Shown here: piece after piece, positions 57,013 to 64,000 of the stretch
How the letters are laid out: each line of letters opens with the position of its first letter
Numbering within the stretch: position 1 is the stretch's first letter
From: the human T2T-CHM13v2.0 reference genome, Homo sapiens
Length of the DNA: 64,000 bases
NCBI RefSeq assembly: GCF_009914755.1
Contig: NC_060927.1
Reading direction: 5' to 3' (one strand)
Translations under genes and position numbers: made by a program
Notes under the pieces: model-generated
Told to the model about the DNA's origin: nothing
Seen by the model: only the letters and a program-made list of their open reading frames with translations
The model's database searches: none

Positions 57013-57650
57013 TTGTCTCTCGGTAACCATGGGAGATTGGTTCCGGGACCCCCTGCAGATACCAAACTCCATGAATACTCAAGACTCTTATATAAAATGG
57101 TGTAGTATTTGCATATAACCTACACACATCCTTCTGTATACTTTAAATCACTTCTAGATTACTTATAATACCTAATGCAATGCCTATGCATCACTTCATT
57201 CACATGGATTCAGCACAGTATTTGGCACAGAGCAAATTCAAGGTTTGTTTTCTGGAACTTGGTGGAATTTTTTTTTTTTTTTTTTTTTTTTTTTGATACA
57301 AGGTCTCACCCCATTGCCCAGGCTGGAGTGCAGTTGCACAATCATGGCTCATTGCAGCCTCGACCTCCCAGGTCCAAGTGACCCTCCTGCCTCAGCCTCC
57401 TGAGTAGCTAGGACCACAGCATGTGCTACCATGCCCAGCTAAGTTTTTAATTTTTTGTAGAGAGAAGGTCTCACTATGTTGCCCAGGCTGGTCCTGAACT
57501 GGGCTCAATCAATCCACCCACCTCGGCTTTCCAAAGTGTTGGGATTACAGGCATGAGACACCGCGCCCAGCCTTTTTTTTCCAAATATTTTGTATCTGTA
57601 GTTGGTTGAATCTATGGATGCAGAACCCACAGACATGGAGGACCAACTGC
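57013..57650 (+). mobile_element. MER2/Tigger2-type DNA transposon interrupted by an Alu
   Basis: GATTGGTTCCGGGACCCCCTGCAGATACCAAA...TTGGTTGAATCTATGGATGCAGAACCCACAGACATGGAGGACCAACTG. Confidence 0.85.
57268..57571 (-). mobile_element. AluJ
   Basis: Long poly-T; J-type GCTCATTGCAGCCTCGACCTCCC and CTCACTATGTTGCCCAGG. Confidence 0.95.
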
Positions 57651-58080
57651 AATACAACCGGTTTTGATTAATTTGCTTATCTGAAGAGTTGAATATTCCT
57701 GAAGGCAGAAATCATGTCTTAATATTTAAGGCCTCTTGCTGTATGTGGCACATGATCTATATTCAATGAATATGTATTACAGTCTGGAAAGGTAGAAAAG
57801 GAGACTGTAAACCCTAGCAAAGTAGTTTGGACACTTTCTGGTGGGGACCCACTAATGGCTCATAAGGTTGTTCAGGATAAAGATTTGTTTGAAAAGAAAT
57901 GTGGTGAATGATTTTTGTACTTGACACTTCTTCAAGGACTTGTATTGCTTGTAAATGTACTTTAATAATCTTATATGCTTTAGAAGCCCATATATCCCAA
58001 AATACTCCAAATTGTAGAGTTCTAAACCTGCAACTTATTTTCTTTTATAAAACAAACTTTGGAAAAGTGTGGTCTTTAAC

Positions 58081-58384
<304 letters not shown>

Positions 58385-59842
58385 TAGCAAGATTTTTGTT
58401 TCTAAATTCATTTTCATATCTTAGATAATTTGTAGCTAGCAATTTTGTACCAGCTTTCCTTTTTATTTTGGACTATTGCTGACCCAGATTTAAAGCCTAG
58501 AGTTGACGAAATTTAAACTTTTACAGTACATTTTATCAATTATATAATGCAATAGTCAATCCAAGAAAATTCTGTCTTCTGAGCTTCATCCATAACTGTT
58601 CTTTATTGTTCTATAAACAACTGATTGATGCCATTAATGCTTGGACACATGTTAGAACCGAGGAGAAGTAGAACATGTAATAAAAAAGCATCAGTCCACT
58701 TAAACTTGAGTGTACTGATAATGATGCCTGGTCTCTATGATGTAGTTTGTTGCTGAAATACTCCCATAAATACATACACGCACACACACCACTTCAGGTT
58801 TCACAAAAGCAACTCATAGCCTTTATATCCTAATGGACTCAATGAAAATTAGAGGGAATTCATGAGACTCTGGAAACAGTGTATACCTGGTGAGAATGAA
58901 ATCAGAAAAGTCTGGGGTGCTCTTCAGAGTTCTTACTAAAAGCAATAAAGGAAAATCTTGCATTTTTGCCAAATGTAAGCAAAGTTCACATGAAACATTT
59001 ATGTCTTCAGATAGAACCACAAAAGCTCAAGAAGAGGCAGGAAGGCTAAGGAGCTAATCCATTGCACATCTGAGAAGAGATTGGACCTTGCAACTCTTTC
59101 TCATTTGCTGTAGAGTCTAGTTTCCTTGATATGCCCTCAGCCACCCAACTCTCATAACTCTTGCTTCAGATTCTCCTAATTAGATACAGCAAATAAGAGT
59201 TTCCCTCCCAGAAGGTGAGTGGTTTTTCCTTACTTTATATCATTTCATAATTCACTTTGATACTCTTCAGACTGCTTCTGTGTAATTTGCAACTTTCAAA
59301 CATTGGAAGCTAGTTAGCTTTGCCATGTAGATTTCATTTAACTAAATCATATTCAGATCGTTTTACCTCCTTTAAAAAGAAGCAGCAAGAAAATCTTTGA
59401 TGTTATATCTTAACTGTAATTAAGATATCATCTCCAATATTTTACTGTAGAAAATGCAATAAATAAAATATGAATTTATGCAACACAGTTATTCACACTG
59501 AAAAGCAATTAACAGGCTATTCCTCATCTTTCTGTTGCAGTTACATAGAAGGACTCCTTGCTGTGTGACCTTTAGAAAAACATTGAACTTTTCTGTGCCT
59601 TGTTTTCCTAATCTACAATAGGATAATAGTTCCTACCTTTAGGATTAACTGGGATTAGTTTAAGATTAACTGAGATTATCTGACTCTCTCATGAAAACAT
59701 AGGTGACATTATTTTGTAATATTTCCCAGGCATGAATAGAATCATTTTGATTTCCTTTTTCAAAAAGATTTCATATTTCTTATTTCATTTGTGCCTAATC
59801 ACAAAAAAAGAATTATAAAAGGGTTGTGTTGAATTGTTCTTT

Positions 59843-61933
59843 ATAAATATTTTTATTCTTTGTTTATGTTTACTTTTTAAAACATTTTTAACTTTTGTGG
59901 GTACACAGTAGATGTATATATTTATGGGGTACATAGTATGTTTTGATATAGGCATGCAATGTGAAATAAGCAAGTCATGGAGAATGGGGTATCCATGTCC
60001 TAAAGCTTCTCTCCTTTGAGTTACAAACAATCAATTACACTCTTTAAGTTATTTTAAAATGTGCAATTAAGTTTTTATTGACTATAGTCGCCCTGTTGTG
60101 CTATCAAATAGCAGGTCTTATTCATTCTTTCTAACAATTTTTGTACCCATTAACCATTCCCTCTTCCCCTCTCAGCCCCCCACTGCCCTTCCCAGCCTCT
60201 GGTAACCATCCTTCTACTCTTTGTCTCCATGAGTTCAATTGTTCTGATTTTTAGATTCCACAAATAAGTGAGAATATGAAGTATTTGTCTTTCTGTGTCT
60301 GGTTTATTTCACTTAACATGATGATCTCCAGTTCCATCTGTGTTGTTGCAAATGACTGAGTCTCTTTTTTTTTTAATGGCTAAATAGTAGTCCATTCTGT
60401 ATATGTACCACATTTTCTTTTTCCATTTATCTGTTGATGGACACTTAGTTTGCTTCCAAATCTTGGCTATTGTAAACAGTGCTGCAACAAACACAGGAGT
60501 GCAGATATCTTTACAATATACTGATTTCCATTATTTGGGGCATATACCCACCAGTGGGATTGCTGGATCATATGGAAGCTCAATTTTTAGTGTTTTGAGG
60601 AACCTCCAAACTGTTCTCCATAGTGTCTGTGCTACTTTACATTCCCACCAACAGTATATACAGGTTCCCTTTTTTCCACATCCTTGCCAGCACTTGTTAT
60701 TGCCTGTCTTTTGGATATAAGTAATTTTAATTGGGGTGAGATGATACCTAATTGTAGATTTGACTTGCATTTCTCTGATGATCAATAATGTTTATCTCTT
60801 TTTCATATGCCTGTTTCCCATTTATATGTCTTCTTTTGAGAAATGTCTATTCAAAATTTTGCCCATTTTTTGATCAGATTATTAGATTTTTTTCCTATAG
60901 AGTTGTTTGAGCTTCTTATATATCCTGGTTATTAATCCCTTGTCAGATGGATAGTTTGCAAATATTTTCTCTCATTCTGTGGGTTGTCTCTTCACTTTGT
61001 TGATTGTTGATTTGCGGTGCAGAAGCTTTTTAACTTGATGTGATTCCATTTGTCCATGTTTGCTTTGGTGGCCTGTCCTTGTGGGGTATTGCTCAAGAAA
61101 TTTTTGTCCACACCAATGTCCTGGAGATATTCCCCAGTGTTTTCTTGTAGTAGTTTCATAGTTTGAGGTCTCGGATTTAAGTCTTTTATCTACTTTGATT
61201 TGATTTTTGTATATGGTGAGAAATAGGGGTATAGTTTCATTCTTCTGCATATGGATATCGAGTTTCCCTACCACCATTTATCGAAGAAACTGTCTTTTCT
61301 CCAGTGTATGTTCTTGGCATCTTTGTCAAAAGTAAGTTCACTGTAGGCATGTGGATTTGTTTCCGGGTTCTCTATTCTGTTCCATTGGCGTATATGTCTG
61401 TTTTTATGCTAGTACCATGCTGTTTCAGCTACTATAACTCTGCAGTGTAATTTGAAGTCAGGTAATGTGATTCCTCCAGTTTTGTTCTTTTTGATACCTT
61501 TGGCTACTCTGAGCCTTTTGTGGCTCCAAAAAATTTTAAGGTTGTTTTTTCTATTTCCGTAAAGAATATCATTGGTATTTTGATAGGAATTGCACTGAAT
61601 CTGTAGATTGCTTTGGGTAGTGTGGACATTTTAACAATATTGATTCTTCCAATCCATGAACATGGAATATTTTTTCATTTTTTGGTGTCCTCTTCAATTT
61701 CTTTCATTACTGTTTAATAGTTTTCATTATAATGATCTTTCACTTCTTTGGTTAAGTTAATTCCTGGGTATTTCATTTTATGCGTGGCTATTATAAATTA
61801 GAGTAATTTTTAAATATATTTTTCAGATTGTTCACTGTTGACTTATAGAAATGCTACTGATTTTTGTATGTTGATTTTGTATCCTGCAACTTTACTGAAT
61901 GTGTTTATCAGTTCTAATAGTTTTCCTGTGGAG
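59843..61933 (-). mobile_element. 5'-truncated L1MA1/2-like (ORF2 3' part + 3'UTR)
   Basis: TTTTGTGGGTACACAGTAGATGTATATATTTATGGGGTACA; ORF2-like peptides at 60309-61277; candidate TSD TGAATTGTT at ~59830 and ~61934. Confidence 0.88.
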
Positions 61934-62576
61934 TGAATTGTTTTTAGATTTTGAATTATAAGCAGTTACTGAGTTGCAGTATTCCTAGATGCAACAGGCA
62001 ACACCATGAGAGGTGATGTACAGGCATACACGTGTATGCACACATGTGAATATATATATTTTGATATCCACATCTATATATATGGAAAATACCAGCAACA
62101 GTATGTGATAAAGAAAGGCAAAGATATTTACATTGAGGCAGATTACTTGTAAATTTATGTATTTTGTTGTTCTGGTTTGAAAAAGACATGATTATTCATA
62201 TATGCAAACCATGGCTAAGAAAAAAACATTGTGCATCTTAGGACCCGTGAGCTGCCCTTCAGTGCCAAAGCAGTTATTGCTGGAAGTTATTCCTCTGTCT
62301 CCTCTCCTTACAGGCTTACTTCCTACTTCCCTGAAAGAAAGTTTGAGCTGTATTCATGTAGGCAGAAAAAGGAACTCAAAGAGTTCAGGCTCTCAAACCT
62401 CTTTGACTTGCCTTCAAATCCAAACTAAACCATGGCTAAGTTGCCATCTCTAAGGTCAGTTTACCTTCTGGCAAAATAGGAATCTTGAGAGCACCTGTTG
62501 TAATGAGGATCGAATGAGATAACATATGTAAAGCACAGAGCCTAGCACATAGTAGGCACTTAAAATGTTGTTGGTG

Positions 62577-63016
<440 letters not shown>

Positions 63017-63299
63017 TGATGATTCTTGTGTGAGACAGGATATAGGCTCTAGCTGCTGCAGTGAATAACAAACACCCAAATATTTAAAAGGCATAAACAA
63101 AACAGAATGTCATTTCTTCTCACTCAGAACTGATACGGAAGCTCTATGGTGTTAGACACTCAAGCTCCTCTTGTTACTTTGCCATAATCTACTGGTAGCT
63201 TCCTGTGACTCTAAGATGGCTGCTCCAGCTTCTGCCATCTTATTCACACCTCGGCAATGGGCAGGTGGAAACAGGGAGGGTAGTTATTCATTCATTCTT

Positions 63300-63862
63300 T
63301 TCTGGCTATCTATTTTTGTGTAATAAATCAAAAAATTTAGTGACCTAAAACAATTAATCATCTCTCATGGTTTCTGTGGAACAGGAATTTGGAAAGGGCA
63401 CTCCTAGGAAGGCTTGTCTCTGCTTCACAATGTCAGGGGTCTCGTCTGGGAAGATTTGAAAGTTGGAGGTGAATCAATGGCTGAGGGCTATTGCCATCTG
63501 TAAGCTTCCTTAACTCACATGTCTGATGGTTGATGCTGGCTACCATCTTTGACTTCAGCTGGGGTTGTTAGCCAGAACACCTACCTGTGGCCTCTCCATG
63601 TGGCTACTTGGGCTTCCTAACTGAATGATGTCTAGGTTCTAAGAGAGAGCCACCTAAAGAGAACCAAGTGAAAGCTTCAGCACCTTTTTATGACATAGCC
63701 TCAGAAGTCAAACAGGGTCCCTCTACTGCTCACAAACCTGCCCAAATCCAGAAGGGTCATAAACCTCACCTCTCAATAGGTGGAGTGGCAAAGTCACAGT
63801 GTAAAAAAAATCATGTGGTATGGAAGATTGTAGGGGTTATTTCTGGAAAGTACAATCTGTGC
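63300..63862 (-). mobile_element. MaLR LTR, MLT1G/H-like (same family as 4353-4903)
   Basis: ATCTCTCATGGTTTCTGTGG...GTGGCCTCTCCATGTGGC...TGGAAAGTACAATCTG. Confidence 0.75.
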
Positions 63863-64000
63863 GAATTTCACCTGTGACTGATATAGCAACTTCGTTGTAG
63901 GAGTTATTTGTTCAGTCATGGTTGGAACAGATATTTTTTGAGTGTTATTATATGCTAGGCACCATTCTAGGCTCTAGGGATACAGTAGTGGGGAAAACAA

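Overview
Primate (most likely human) genomic DNA, rich in interspersed repeats, with no protein-coding exon of a host gene. The CpG island at ~38.1-38.8 kb contains a minus-strand segment I recognise from memory as non-coding exon 1 of the tumour suppressor FHIT (3p14.2, FRA3B locus). It ends in a canonical GT donor after 38458, so 1-38457 is FHIT intron 1 and 38.7-64 kb is upstream flank. Almost every long ORF in the track comes from LINE-1: a young L1PA3-like copy at 1-4352 and a near full-length L1PA7/8-like copy at 45.5-51.4 kb. The most interesting unexplained structures are: (i) a ~300-bp inverted duplication (132-bp core, 117/132 identical) bracketing a 3.4-kb spacer in intron 1, with one arm split by an old LTR; (ii) two ZNF143-type promoter modules 1.2 kb apart plus a strong plus-strand splice donor, suggesting divergent or antisense transcription; (iii) a tailless U2 snRNA retrocopy with a target-site duplication (TSD) inside the L1; (iv) one target site used twice by retroelements. 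Repeat subfamily names come from remembered consensus sequences and need RepeatMasker/Dfam confirmation. I see no evidence of a novel protein-coding system.
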